A DNA stretch of 64,000 nucleotides from Peribolospora baueri (Eukaryota): positions 62,001-126,000 of the forward strand of contig JAMDHS010000028.1 of assembly GCA_029717555.1 (NCBI GenBank), in the 5' to 3' direction. A program made the position numbers and the translations under genes. This document shows positions 34,762 through 53,543 of the stretch, one piece after another (position 1 is the stretch's first letter; every line of letters begins with the position of its first letter). The notes below the pieces were generated by a model. That model made no database searches and was not told the origin of the DNA. It saw nothing but the letters and a program-made list of their open reading frames with translations.

Positions 34762-36736
34762 TCATCTCGGTCCCAACCGCGCCTTCTCAATGACCCATTC
34801 CGGATACGGCGATCGCTGCTCGGCCTGCTCTTGTCGTTGCTGGCCCCCGCTCTCCTCAGCAGACGGCGACGAGCCCACGTTGCCGCCGTCCGCCCGTCCT
34901 TCCCTTTCGCCCTCTCTTCCCTCGGCGATAAATCCGCCCGTGTCGCTCCCACCAGAAGCCCCCGCGTCCCGTCTCGGCGGCTGATAATCCGGCGGTAGCT
35001 CGATCACCCCGTCTTCATTCTCCTCCACCCCGCCCGGCTGCATTGGCACAGGCCCGGCGTCAGTGTGCCTGAACACCCGTGTTTGCCCGCTCGTTCGGCT
35101 GTTCAAGCTCGCTGCATGGCTGCTCGTGCTCAGCATCGGCAAAAGCGGCTGCGCACCATAGGCCGAGGAAGGGTAGAGAGTGCTGGACGATGGGTCGTGT
35201 GCGTGGGCCACCGTATGCGGGGACGACGAGTGGTTAGGGTCATCGTGCGACGGTGTAGGGTGCGGCGACAGGAAGTAGCCGTCCGCGGCCGAGCGCGGCT
35301 CCTGCAAGACGGGTCCGTAGCTCACGCCACCCGACGATGGATACGACCCGTGATGATACGACCCGGGATGACCGGAGATGACGGACTCGGAGTAGTCCGA
35401 CGCGTGGCCGACACCAGGAGGGGAGAAGTCCTGCATTCGGTAAGGCTCCACATCACCACCGCCAAGGCGAGCGTCCGAGTCGTTTTCCCAGAGCACAGCC
35501 TGCCGCGTCCGTCGTCGGCTCTTTCGTCGCTTGAAAAAGAGGAGCAGAGCGCCCAGACAGGCCAACAGGACTAGCGCCCCGAGCACTCCGCCGACGACTG
35601 GCCACGTGGTCTGACGGCTCTTGGAGCTAGCCTTCACAGGAGCGGTCGACGTGGCGGGCAAGAGGGAGAAGGGGGCCTGAGCCGGTCCGTTCAGACAGCT
35701 GGTCATATTGCCCGCTCCCACGGTGAGCGCGTTCGTTGTCCCCCCGCTCCCCGTCGGCCCATCATCGCCCATGGCGAGCACGAAGCGCGTTCCCTCCCGG
35801 AGTTCGAGCATCCAGGTGAAGTTGGACACCGGTCCGGCGGTGAACGTCATGGGCAACATATTCTCAGGCAGAACGGTAATACGGTAAGGTGCTTTCGCGA
35901 ATGTGCCACCTCCCTCGTTGGACGGCCCGCCGCCCCAGCTCACTGTAAAGTCCTGACACTCGACAGCCGGACCATTCCCGAAGAAGAAGTCCTGGTTCTC
36001 CGATGGCCCTGCGCAGAGGTTGGAAGGGCTGGCGGATATGGGGGTAATTACCGACGTGTTGCCGTGTTTTTGGGTAGCGTCCATTATGGATATGATGACC
36101 GAGGAGGGGTCTGGGACGCCGATGCGCCAGAGGTTGGGAAGAGTGTGGTTGTACGTCCAACTGGCGAGAGAGTGAAGGACGGGGGTCAGACGGCCAAATC
36201 ACCAAAGGGAGCAGCTTTAGCAGCTGCTCGCCACGAGCGCTGAAAACTCACATCTCCTCATCCATGTAGTCCATTGGTAGCACTACCGTGGACCAGCCAG
36301 CATAGAGCAGTCCGACGAGGAGCGTGTAAGGTGCCGTGCCCTGTGAGATACAAGAGACAAGGCGTCATAAACGACGAGGGCGATCAGCACCACCACCTCT
36401 CGACGCCTCGAAGAGCGGCCCGATGCGCTCAAGACGGCCAAGGCGACGCACCTGTGATGAGTTAAATGAGATCACAAGGTCCGCACAGGCGGTCGCCGCA
36501 CCAAGGCTGAGATCGAACGCGAAGGCCTGCTTGAGCGCACAGGCCGCGCCGAGCAAAGCGACCGGCAGGCAGACGCTCAAGCTTGATCGACGACTGCCAG
36601 CTGCGACGGGGACATGCGTGGACGAGGAAGCGCAAGTCGGTACGCCTTTGCGTCGCCGACGGGAGCCATGATCTACCGCCCCCACGGCTCCGGAATCCGC
36701 CAGACGGTGGGAGGCGACCGGCCGGGAGGCCTCCAT
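34762..36736 (-). CDS. Type I single-pass membrane protein (Cys-containing beta-rich ectodomain, TM helix, cytosolic PPxY); cell-surface sensor-like
   Basis: Hydrophobic signal-like segment LSVCLPVALLGAACALKQAFA; ectodomain ECQDFTVSW...APYRITVLP...FTWMLELREGTRFVLAMGD..SGG; TM VVGGVLGALVLLACLGALLLFF followed by KRRK; tail RVFRHTDAG...IELPPDY. Start codon uncertain. Confidence 0.75.
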
Positions 36737-37137
36737 TGTGGAGGTGGGACGGCTGGCGTAGGAGCGTGGGGCCCGAGCTGCAAGAGCCAGCGGCGAAGGC
36801 AGGAAGGCACTGTATGTGCAGGAGCGGCGGTGGCGGGAACAAAGCAAAGCAGACAGGAACACCGCTGCGCTGACTGTGACGGCGACGTGGACGGAGGTGG
36901 GGGAGGTGGCGCTGACAATCATCCGCCGAGCAGCCGTCGGCCGCTCTGCGACCTTCCCACATGCGCCCGTCAGGCACGGGCTGCGAAGCCCAGGCGGCAC
37001 GGTCGCATCGCACAGCAATCGACTGCGGCATGTGAGAACCTCATCACGTGACCCACCTCCAACTCAGCGACTACGCATGGAAGAACACAACTCGGTCCTG
37101 ACGTCCTGAGACGACGGACGATAAAGACAGCGCCAAG

Positions 37138-39858
<2,721 letters not shown>

Positions 39859-40945
39859 TATCCGTTTTCGTCTCGTTCCCTCACGCACCGATGGTTGCGA
39901 ACATGACCTGTGGGCCCCCATTAGGTACTCTTCGCTGCTTCTAATCCTCCTCCCGTACGGGTGCTTGTGAAGGGTGCTCGTGTGTAGATATGGGAGCGTA
40001 ATCTGTTTTAGTGGAGAGCGTGAAAAAAGGCACATACCTGTGATATGTTGAGATGGACGGCGTTTAAGACATCGATGGTGCTGGACAGGTGGTGCCGTTG
40101 CCAAGCGTGATGTGATCGAGGCCGTCCGGTTTCGGTGTGGGTCACGATGGGCTGGCTGGCCACCGTGTCTTCGTCGGCTGCTCGCTCGTCCGCCGACTTC
40201 TCCACTCACCATCACCTCTGGTCGTGCACAACCTGCTCCCAGCGTCCGCTCTTTCCTTCCTTTCCTTCCTTCCCTTCCTTTCCTTCCTTTCCTTTGCCTC
40301 CCTATTTTCGTCCGTCGGCCTCTTGCCCTGTCCTCCTTCGCCGCGCCGCCTCCTGCAGCTCCTGATCGCTAAACGTCGCCGGAAGGAAAACCGGAGGGCG
40401 TGCCTGCAGCCGAACCCGGTTCGCCCATCACCTTCCTACCCACTTATCATCCAGGACGTCGATTGGATCGTGCGCAAGCTGGGCCGGACCGCCTCCCTGC
40501 ACCGTCGCCGTTCCGCCCGAGTTCATTTCACGGCCTCTTCCCTTCCGCGTATCGCTCTTCCGTCGCATCACCCGACCACTCATTTGTGCAACCGTCGGTT
40601 TTGAGAGGGCTCGGTGGCTGTAGGGGGGGCATCGAAACAGCTGCCGCAACACTCATCATCGACGGCTCCGCACAAGTCGTTCGTTCGCTCCGCGTGTCGC
40701 ACGGACACAGACAGGCAAGAGGGAGGAATAGGGTACAGTGAGAGCGTGCAAGACATTGCCGGGGAGGGAGGTGGGAGCGCAGGAAGGACAGGTCTTGTCT
40801 CGCTCGTACCTTCGTCCGTGCGGGCGCCCGTCTGGAGCTGCCAGTCCGTCGTCGTCGAGAGTTAACGTGTAGGTCGTTCTGCTCCCTTCAACGTCTACTC
40901 GGTCCCCACCGATAGCGTCCTTATCGTCCGCAAGGGGGAAGAAAG

Positions 40946-43636
40946 ATGGACTTTGTCGAGTACCATATTGAGACGTCGCAGGACTTCTGGGCGGGTGAGT
41001 AGTCCAGACCAGGACTTCTTGTGCGCCCTCACTCTTTGCTGACGGCTTCCCGTCCGTTGCGCCTTCTTGCCACCAGAGCTCGATGATATTCTCAACCCTA
41101 TCCCACCACTCACCCCCACCCAAGTGACCGCCTCTCTCCGAACCTTCTTGCACTTCACTGCGGCGTATCACGACCGGTTCCTCGACGATCCTCGCGACCT
41201 CGAGCAGTCCCTGGACAGGCTGTTCGATAGCCCGCTTTTTGATCGGGAGCATCATGAGACGGGGGCGGAGAGCGTTGTGGAGGTGGTGAAGGGGGTGAGT
41301 TCGGCGTAGTCTTGTCTAGGGTGTAAAAAAAACGCTATCGCATGTTGTCAAGAGTGACATGACATACCCTCCTGAGCCCTCGCTCATCTACGTCTTGCGA
41401 TCTCACAATCTGTCCAGAGCACCAACCTCCGCCTACACTACATCGCCTACACCATCATCCTTCTCTATGGCCAAACTTCACCGTCTTCCATACCCCATCC
41501 CTCCTCCTCGCGACCGCCAAAGGCCGACACGGTTTCCCCACGGACGTCCATCTACCGCTCTCTCCAGCAGTCCTCGCGGGGGGCCATGATACCCCGGCTC
41601 GTTCACCATATTTGGGCCGGCTTCTACGCCTTGCAAGCTCAGGCGGCCTTGGGCGAAGCGCCCATCGATGGCGCGGACGCAATCGGGGAGACGAGCGAGG
41701 CGGTCAGGACGAGGTCTTTGCAGATCAGGATGCGTGGTTTAGCTATGAGGCTGCTGTACGAGATTTGCAGGGTGCAGAAGCTGGAAGAGGCGGATATACG
41801 TGAGTGCTCGGAATGTCGTTCCCAGTGCGAGGCCTGCTCCGTTCTTCTGACACCGACCGCTTGTATCGGTCCTTCGATCGGTCCTCAGGCGTCTTTGACG
41901 ATGCGTTCATCGATCACCTATTCGACTTGGTCGAAGAGACGAGATGTCAGCGCGACGAGAGCTTCAATTATGCGGTGATGAAGCTGCTGGTGCGTCGTTT
42001 CCTGACCGCTGATTAATGTCCGGCGTACTGGCTCACACGTTGCTTTTCTTCGCCGCTCGCTCATTCATGACAAAGGTCGCAGTGAACGAGCAGTTCATGG
42101 TGTCATCACTACACCACACCCACCCCCATCATACCCGATCGTTGCATGCTGGTATTGCCTCGCCCAACTACGCTCAGACATTCAGCTCGCGCCTGGACAC
42201 ACAGACCCCACCAGCCGGGTATTCGCACCAAGGCTCGGGTAACCCCGTCCTTGGCGTCCTCGCCTTGCGTCTCAACCGCTCAAAAACATTTGGAGAGAAC
42301 CTCATCTTCATGCTCAACCGCGCCTCATCTTCAGATGCCGAAGATCTCTGCATGCAGCTTCTCGTCCTCAAAATGTTGTATCTGCTGTTCACGACCCCGG
42401 AGACGGCGCATTACTTTTACACCAATGACTTGAAGGTGCTCGTGGATGTTTTTGTGCGAGAGTTGGTCGATCTTCCGGAGGAGAGCGAATCTGTACGTGG
42501 CTCAATGGCGTCGAAGGTCGGTCTAAGTATCGGCGTTCTCGCTGACCACGCTCTCATTTTGCTGTCCATCCCTCGCTCAGCTCCGACACACCTATTTAAG
42601 AGTTTTACACCCTCTTCTAACTCAAACCCAGCTTTGCACATACCCATATAAACGCCCTTCGATCCGACGCGTCCTCCTCTCCCTTCTCTCCTATGGTCAT
42701 ATTCGCGATATCAGCCCTACGACGCGGCGACTTACCGAACGCATCCTCAAAGCGGAGTGGTGCGTCGAGCTGGAGAAGTCGACGCCGGTTCTCGGGCTGG
42801 GAGGGCCCGGTGAGGCGACGCAAGCTAGGGTGGAGAGCATTGGAGGAGGCACTGCCGCGAACCGGATGCTCATGAAAAGCGTCAGCGTGGAAGGATTGCC
42901 TATCCTGAGCTCCTCTTCGCCAACGAGCTCTGGGAGCATGCGCAGCATGCAGGCTGTCGCAGCGGCCAAGGGGACGGGAGGCTCTCCGTCCCTGAGTCCC
43001 ACATTCCTGTACCCGGCGTCTGCCGGCGGTTCGACCAAGGGGCCGCACGAGTCTTCCTTGTCGAACGTCCTCGCTGGATCTCTTTCGCTCGACGCTACTC
43101 TGGCGGAGATCGACGTCAAACAAGGAAAAAGCCCGATCTTTTCGCGCTCCGCGCCCTCCACTCCACCGCGTCGAGTTTCGAACGCTTCGCTCGCGGACGT
43201 GCCTCATACCGCACGACAGGCCCCGTCCTCTCCGCTGGCCCGCAAGCTTGAGCATCAAAACGGCACTAGTACCAGCGACGCCAACTCGTCGGCTGACTCT
43301 GTCAAGCCGCAGCCGGAGGACTCCAACGGCGGCGGACACGAGGGCCGACCGATTCCACGACTACTTGTCGAATGTCCTTCCGGGAGCGGATCCTCGGAGC
43401 GTACTTCGCCTCTGCCGGTCCCTTTGTTGCCGCCTCCACGACCCGCTTCGTCAGCGGCGATACGCGCGCCTCACCAACAACCATCGGTGCCTCCGCCGAG
43501 ACCGCGCTCGACCAGCGGCGCCGCTCGTCCGCCCGGCAGCGCAACCTCCTCCGGCTTCAAACACCACCGCGCACCTCCTCCTCCTCCGCCCTCCCGCCTG
43601 AATCGCACTGTCAGCCCGGCCCACTGCAAAAGTTGA
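40946..43636 (+). CDS. LDB17: LDB17/Dip1/SPIN90-family Arp2/3 regulator (DUF2013 leucine-rich domain) with proline-rich C-terminus
   Basis: AVNEQFMV, SKTFGENLIFMLNRAS, LCMQLLVLKMLYLLFT, YFYTNDLKVLVDVFVREL, LRHTYLRVLHPLL; ends PPPPPSR...HCKS*. Confidence 0.88.
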
Positions 43637-44055
43637 TACCCCGCGCCGTCCTTTGCTTACCGATTCGTTCTTTCGCAAAACGTTGCTCGGAGCAGTTCGC
43701 ATCTGTGTCGCGCACCTTTCTCTGCCCTTCAACTATGACCTCTTGACCTTTTCATCCTGTTCCTCAACCGCCGTGCTTTCTTTGCAGTTTATCGTCCTTC
43801 ACCTACTCCCCCTCGCAATAGTAATAGTGCCCTCTTGAGCAGATAACATCTCACAGCTGGGGCTTCGTTCTCCGTGTACATGGTCGATAGTCATCCTCAT
43901 GGCAAACGGTGCTTGATTCCACTCCGATAACCAGGAAGAGAGGTTGGAGCACAAATGAGGTCCAAGGGTACTACGTATGTGTGAAATACACGGATCAGGA
44001 AAAGGCAGGGAAAGTCGATACGAAGACAAATGCTACATGGCTATTCCAGGCACGC

Positions 44056-47424
<3,369 letters not shown>

Positions 47425-47517
47425 GGTTGTATGGCGGAACTGCAACTACTGCAAGTGGGAGGTCCAAGTGGTATTTAGGAAAAGAGGCAGGAGGGAGCGC
47501 ACGGGAAGCTCGAAGGG

Positions 47518-47541
47518 ACGCGTCGCGCGCTGCCGCGTAAA
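47518..47541. promoter_or_regulatory. MCB-like elements upstream of MCM5
   Basis: ACGCGT at 47518-47523 plus CGCG and CCGCGTAAA, ~95-117 bp upstream of the MCM5 ATG. Confidence 0.55.
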
Positions 47542-48538
47542 TGAGCTGTTGCTGCGGCGACACCGGGCGTCTGGCTCGCCAATTGGGAGTACCGATGTCA
47601 AGAATGAAGACATATTCGTTCGAGCACAGTTGATAAAGCCCTTCTCTGGAGTGTGGTGCTGGTCGAGGTCATGTTTCGCGTTCCGCCATCCGCCATCCGG
47701 AAAACAAAGGAACCCGGTTGATGGGATGCCTACCCAAGCTCTACGTCCGTCTCAAAAAGAGTATATGACATTCCACAGAGTAATAAACATCTACAAAACT
47801 CGTGCGCGGCCTCCGCCGCCCATCTCCATGCGTCCGTCCGCTAGCGCAACGTTAATAAAACTCGAGTGAAGTTGCTCGAAGCGCTCAGCAGCGGCCGACA
47901 TTGTAGACAGAAATTCGTTAGTGAAGGGGAAAGGGAGGGGTCGACGCGCAACCGAGAGCAGGGGAATGTGCATGTGGGAGGAGCGGACAAAAAAGGTTTC
48001 ACGCCGAGAGTGCCGTCTCCTCTGCCGTGCTGAGAGGAGCCTTACCCACTCACCCAGCACTCTCGACTACTGCTCTGCTGTCAGAAAGCTAGCTAGAGCC
48101 GGCGTACACTGACTGCGTTTGACCGTGGCCTTCCCCCGGGTCACGGTCACGATCCGACGAACCCGGGGCACGGACAAGACATTCACGTGTGGCCTTGCCT
48201 TTGTGGCTCGATAAGCCGCGGAGGCCATCGGTGACCCCCCGCCGTCTCGGGGGGCTGAAGGTTCGGTATCCACCCTAGGACCGAATGAACCCAAATTTGC
48301 ACCTCGAGCAGAGAATATGGTCGTCGGAGAATCGGCAGAAGGAGTAGGTCACGAAGGTGGTGGAGAGAAAGACAGAAGCGTATGGCGGGCACCGAGGATG
48401 GTGGAGAGCAAAGCGCAAGCGTTTGGCGGGAACCGGAAACGTGTGGTCCAATGGCTTCGGCATGGGCGTGGATGGATGGAGCGGGTTAGGGTTGCACCTG
48501 GAATACTTAAGAGGTGCACGACCGGGGCAAAGCGCGGT

Positions 48539-49294
48539 TCAGCCGCCGTCGTCCGGCGACGTGTTGGCCTCCTCCCCTTCGGGCTTGAAAAAGGTGAGCA
48601 CCTTCCAGCGGGCGGCGCCGCCGCGCTCCTTTTCCCACCTGTCGAAACCGCGACTGCGCTGTCCGCCCATCTCGGCCATGAGACCGAGGTCGGTCCACTC
48701 GAGCCAGATGCCGGTGCCCAACGATCCCGGCGCTTCTTCTCCGCCGCCCTTGCGGGTGGGCTCGCCAAGAGCGGCGACCAAATCGGTGGCCGTGGTGGAC
48801 GGGTGGATGGAGAGGAAGCGAGGAGAGGCGCCGACGCGCAGAGGGAAGCTCGGCCAGGGCCTGTGAGCGTGCGCGTCGTCGTTCCGGGGACGAGGGCCCT
48901 CCTCTCGCTCCTCGCGGAGGAGGTCGTGATTGTAGACGTCGACGCTGACGAGCTTTAGCCTGTTCTCGTCCACGTCGTCGCGCTGGACGCTGCCGCCGAG
49001 AGGCTGCTTGGGGGCCGCATAGCCTGGGAGAGGCTCAAAGACGTAGCTAACGGCGTGCGAGGGGAGGTTGTAATAGACTGCGTCGGGGTACGACTTTATG
49101 ATGAAGGCGAGAGGAGAGCCGGCGCCGGCGAGGGCGGCGAGATGTGAGCGGAAGGCTTGAGAAGTGGCGAGATGGCCGAGGAGAGAGCGAAGAGAAACGA
49201 CGTCGGTCTTGTCATCCGCTGATGGTGTCGCTGTCGCCGTCGCTGTCGCTGACGTTGCCGTTGTCATCGTCGGCGTCGGCGTCGTCGGCGTCAT
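48539..49294 (-). CDS. Fungal hypothetical protein, intronless (251 aa)
   Basis: Uninterrupted ORF with high GC3 and motif-like blocks KSYPDAVYYN, DLVAALGEPTRKGGG, GIWLEW, RGFDRWE. Confidence 0.75.
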   Translation of the reverse strand: MTPTTPTPTMTTATSATATATATPSADDKTDVVSLRSLLGHLATSQAFRSHLAALAGAGSPLAFIIKSYPDAVYYNLPSHAVSYVFEPLPGYAAPKQPLGGSVQRDDVDENRLKLVSVDVYNHDLLREEREEGPRPRNDDAHAHRPWPSFPLRVGASPRFLSIHPSTTATDLVAALGEPTRKGGGEEAPGSLGTGIWLEWTDLGLMAEMGGQRSRGFDRWEKERGGAARWKVLTFFKPEGEEANTSPDDGG

Positions 49295-49953
49295 TTCGTC
49301 ATCTCGACCAGGGACGCATGCGCAAGCGGAGGGCAGGCCGGGCCGCAGCGAGGAAGGGCATGAAACGCGGGCGCGGCTTGGCCAGCAGCACGTGCACAGC
49401 TGCGGAGCGCGGGCGCTAGCGGTAGCAATGGCCGGGCGGGCGTGGGAACGGCTGCGGCAAGCGCGTCAGTGAGTCTGACTGGGTCGTCCTTTGGAGGGTG
49501 AAAAGAAGTTGGGGAAGAGAAAAGCGGGAGGAGAAGGAGGAAAAGGGGAAAAAAATGGAAATGGAAATAGCTGAAGGGGACGGTCGGTCGACTGACTGGG
49601 TAGCTCTTGCTCCGATGGGTGGATGCAAGGATGAAAAGAGGAGGACGGACGAATGAAAAAAATTGACCAGGCCAGCCCAGCCGAGGAGGCACGCGGACAG
49701 AGGGTGGGCGGCGCACAGCCGGGCAGACCGCGCTCGGGCAGAGGCGAGACGAGGCGCGGCCGAGGTCGGTTTTGTGCCCCGCTTCCGTCGACACGCTCTT
49801 CCTCCTCCTTCTCTTCCCTCCTCCATCCCACATCCACCACACCACCTCGCTCCCAGTCGTCTCTTCGCTCCTATCCATCTCGCTTCCATCCATCTCGTCT
49901 CCTTCTCGCTCTCGCTCCCGTTCCCCTTCTCGTTCCCCGTCTCGTCCTTAAAA

Positions 49954-51066
49954 ATGGCCAAGGTCTACGTTGGAAACCTGTGCGTCCCCTCGACGTCCTC
50001 CCTCGTCGACCGTGCGTCCCAACTCGCCACCCTCCCGGCCTGACCTTGTCTCCTCTTCCTCCTCCTCCCTCTTGTCCTCCCCTCATACAGGTCGTGGGGT
50101 ACCACCGATGATATCCTCGCTCAGACGTTCGGCCAGTTCGGTCAGCTCACCGACTACGTGAGTGTCGCAGACGAGACTGTCTCACCCATCCCCGACTCTC
50201 TGGGTCCATTTCATGCGCACATACGGGCTGATTCCCTGTGGCGTGCTTCCGTGCGATTGTCTACACCTCACCTTCTCCCCCTTTCAGATCGTCATGAAGG
50301 ACCGCGAGACCGGCCGCTCGCGCGGTTTCGGCTTCGTCACCTACCAGACCCAGCAGGAGGCCGACGCCGCCATCACCGGTCTCAACGACCAGGAGCTTGA
50401 CGGCCGGAGGATTAGGGTCAATATGGCCAACTCGAGGCCCGCCGGGTTCGTTCGCCACCCGTCTTCTTTCCTCCCTGTGCCTTGCTGAACTTACCCATCC
50501 CCTCGTCTCTACACGATCACTCCACAGTGGTGGAGGCTACGGTGGCGGTTACGGTGGCGGCGCCGGTTATAGCGCCGGCTACCCTCAGCAGGGCGGCTAC
50601 GGCGGTGGCTACGGCGGCGCCGGTTACGGTGGCATGCAGCAGCCCGGTTACGGCGCCCAGGGCGGCTTCGGCCAGCAAGGCTCTTTCGGCCAGCAGGGTG
50701 GTTACAACGCCCAGGGTGGCTATGGTGGCGCCGCCGGCTCCTACGGCCAGCCCGCGTGAGTATACACTTGTTTCTTTCGCTCGTCGGAGGGGACTCGCTC
50801 GTCGAGTTCCCTGGCGAAGCTTCATCGATTGCAATGCACATTGAGGCGGAGGCGGCGTCGTCGTGGACGGAGAATGGGCCAGACGACCTTGAGTCGCTCG
50901 GGCGGGATACTGTAAATGTGCGGGGGGAAAGGGAGGATAAAGACGAGGTGCAACGTGTTATATGACAACGTCTCGCTGATGTTGACATACTTAATCTTGT
51001 TGACTGCAAAGCGGCGGCTACGGCGGTGCTCCCCAGCAGCAGGGCGGCTTCGGTGGCGGCTACTAA
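49954..51066 (+). CDS. Glycine-rich RNA-binding protein (single RRM plus GY-rich tail; GRP/CIRBP-like), 5 exons
   Basis: KVYVGNL (RNP2), [15 protein letters not shown] (RNP1), [19 protein letters not shown] repeats, stop at 51064-51066. Confidence 0.93.
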
Positions 51067-53416
51067 GCCGTCTCGCCGTACCAACGGCGACGTTCTTGTC
51101 CTTGTCTGATCTTCCACGGCCCGCTGCGCTCTCTCCACGGTTCCATCGCGGTATCCCGTCGTTTGCATCGCCTCGGTTCGGTCTCCGTCCACCACCAGCA
51201 TCGGTCATGGCTCCTCCACCCTTTCTTCCTCCTCCCTTCCGAAAAGTAGTCCGTCGTCTTCTGCGCTCTGCTTTACCCTTTTCGTCCTTCAGCCTCGACT
51301 CTCCGGTTCCGGTTGTAACGAATACGTCTCGATTCCCCCTCCGACCCGTCGACCTCGACCTGATCCTTTCCTGCCATGTCCCCATGCCACCTTTCTCGCG
51401 TGCTCGCCGGCTGCCTCGTCGTCCATCTGTTCCGCCCGTCCTCTCCGTCCCGTCCCGTCCGATTCACCAGTCCGCCAGGTCGCCGACCCATGTCTGTGTT
51501 CTCTTCAAGTCGGATCGGAATGCGGCCCGGGGTCCAAGTTCAGTCCGTCCGTCCATGGTCACCGCTCGTGTCGTGTCCTCTTTACCGTCGCAGGCTGCCG
51601 CCCTTCGTCCAACCGAACCCCAAGATCAGCACTTGTACACCACGTCCCTTGCCGCCTTTTCTTTCTTTCTGTCGCCGCCTGATTCACGCCTCGCCTCCTC
51701 TCTGGCCTCGTCACTCCTTGTCGTTTTTTGTTCGTTTCTTCCCCCCTGCGTTTCTCGTCCCCGAGCCTCAACTAAACACCCGCCACTCGCTCCCTCTCCT
51801 CTTTTTTTTCTCGGTCGTTTCCATCGTTTTCCTTCTTCCCCGTTCTCGTCCCGCGTGTCCCGTCTTCTTCAGTACCCGTCACTCAGCTCGCAGCGCGCAC
51901 CTTGGGTGGTTTCGATCGCCCAACGGACCGATATCGTCGGCCGTTGAGCGGTCTGGTCTCGTCTCGCTCGTTTCGCCTCGTCTGGGAGATGAGCGTAGGT
52001 ACCGGTACATAGCTCGATCGCCTCTGTCGCTCCTCCCTCCCTCCGCCTTGTCCTTGTCGCGCGCTGTCCCTTGTTCATTCTCGTGCCGTGATTGACGCCG
52101 AAGATGGTGGCCCGTGCTCGCGCTCGTGGTCTCGTTGTTTTCTTTATCCCTGTGCTCGTGTTTTCCCGTCGATGCGCGGTGTCCGTGTCGTCTCGTCTCG
52201 TCGATTGTCGACGAGACGGCGCGATGATGGCCCGCTGGTGACGAGGCGACGCGGGCCACGCCCGGTCGTGTGTGTCGATCCCCGGTCGGCTTGGCTTAGT
52301 CGCGGCTTGCTTGGCTGCCTGTGTCCTCGGTCCTCGCGGCGTTGTCGCCAGGGTCTGTCTGTGTGTTTGCCTGCCGGTTCCTCTGGCTTGTCTGTCTGCC
52401 TGCCTGCCTACGTTGCTACTGCCTTGTCTGCCGGCGCCTACGATGGCGAGGAGAGGTGAGTACGGATCTGGGTAAACGAAGTAAAGATTGAGCGAGAGAT
52501 TGCGATGATTGCGATGATTGCGACTGCGACGACTGACGACAACAACGAACAGACAAATTTGGTGAGCGTCTCGGTTGGATGTGATGATGTGGGGAATACC
52601 GTTGTTGTATGTTATACATGGAATGTATGTGAATGGCAGAGATGGTGGTCCGTTAAGCATCAAGGGAAGATGTGAGAACGGCGGTTCGTCGTCGGTCGTC
52701 CCTTCTTTCCCTCTTTTTCACCCTTTCCTCCTTGCTTCATTTTGCAGGATGAAGACGGCGATGGCGACGGCGAGCGATGGAGCAGGTACCCAACTGTCGA
52801 AGTGGACTGATTTGATTGCGCATCCGTCCCTCCGTCACGAAAACTCTCCGTCTCCAGCCGCTGTCATTTTCCCATTCCCATTCCCATTCCCATTCGCCTT
52901 CTCCCCACCGGCCGGCTCGTCCCGTGACTTGACTGAAGTGGACCACGTTGGCTCGCACGTACTACTGCCAATGGGGCTTAGCCAGCTAGCCCGTTCCTTG
53001 TTGGTGGCCGTCGTCTCCGCTTGACTGACTGACTGACTGACGGCTTGTGAGCCTTCGTTTCCGTCTGCCGCTGCCGCTGTCGCTGTCACTGCCACTCATC
53101 GATCTCTCCCTCGCTGATCGTCACCGACTGGTTCGTTCGCCATCGCCCGACCACGCTTGTCTTGTCTTCTTGCAAGCGTCTTCTCTTCTCTTCTCTTCTC
53201 CTCTCCCCGCCTCCCTCCCTCTCCATCGCCCCCCACACACTCCTCCACTCGCCCCTTACTCGTCCCCCTCCCTCCACCACGCCCCGCCACCGCTGACCGG
53301 CGCGATGCGAAGACGACGATAGGCGCAGACCCACTCGACCCGACCCGCAACGCCTCCACTCGCCCTCCCCTCGTCGCCAATCGTCGACGTCGACCACTCG
53401 ATCCCCAAGCGAGACG

Positions 53417-53450
53417 AGACAAGACAAGACAAGACAAGACAAGACAAGAC
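53417..53450. repeat. (GACAA)n microsatellite upstream of the RhoGAP ATG
   Basis: agacaagacaagacaagac... Confidence 0.9.
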
Positions 53451-53543
53451 GAGACAGGATAGGACAGGACGACGCAACCGACCACGCCCATCGATACATA
53501 CCCCGCCTCGGACCTCTTCTTCTTCCTCGACCCTCGTCTCGCC

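Noticed and set aside
50916..53500. Long ORFs (343, 264, 239 aa) downstream of the RRM gene
   Set aside because: Low-complexity translations of pyrimidine-rich UTR/intergenic DNA; long stop-free frames are expected at this GC content
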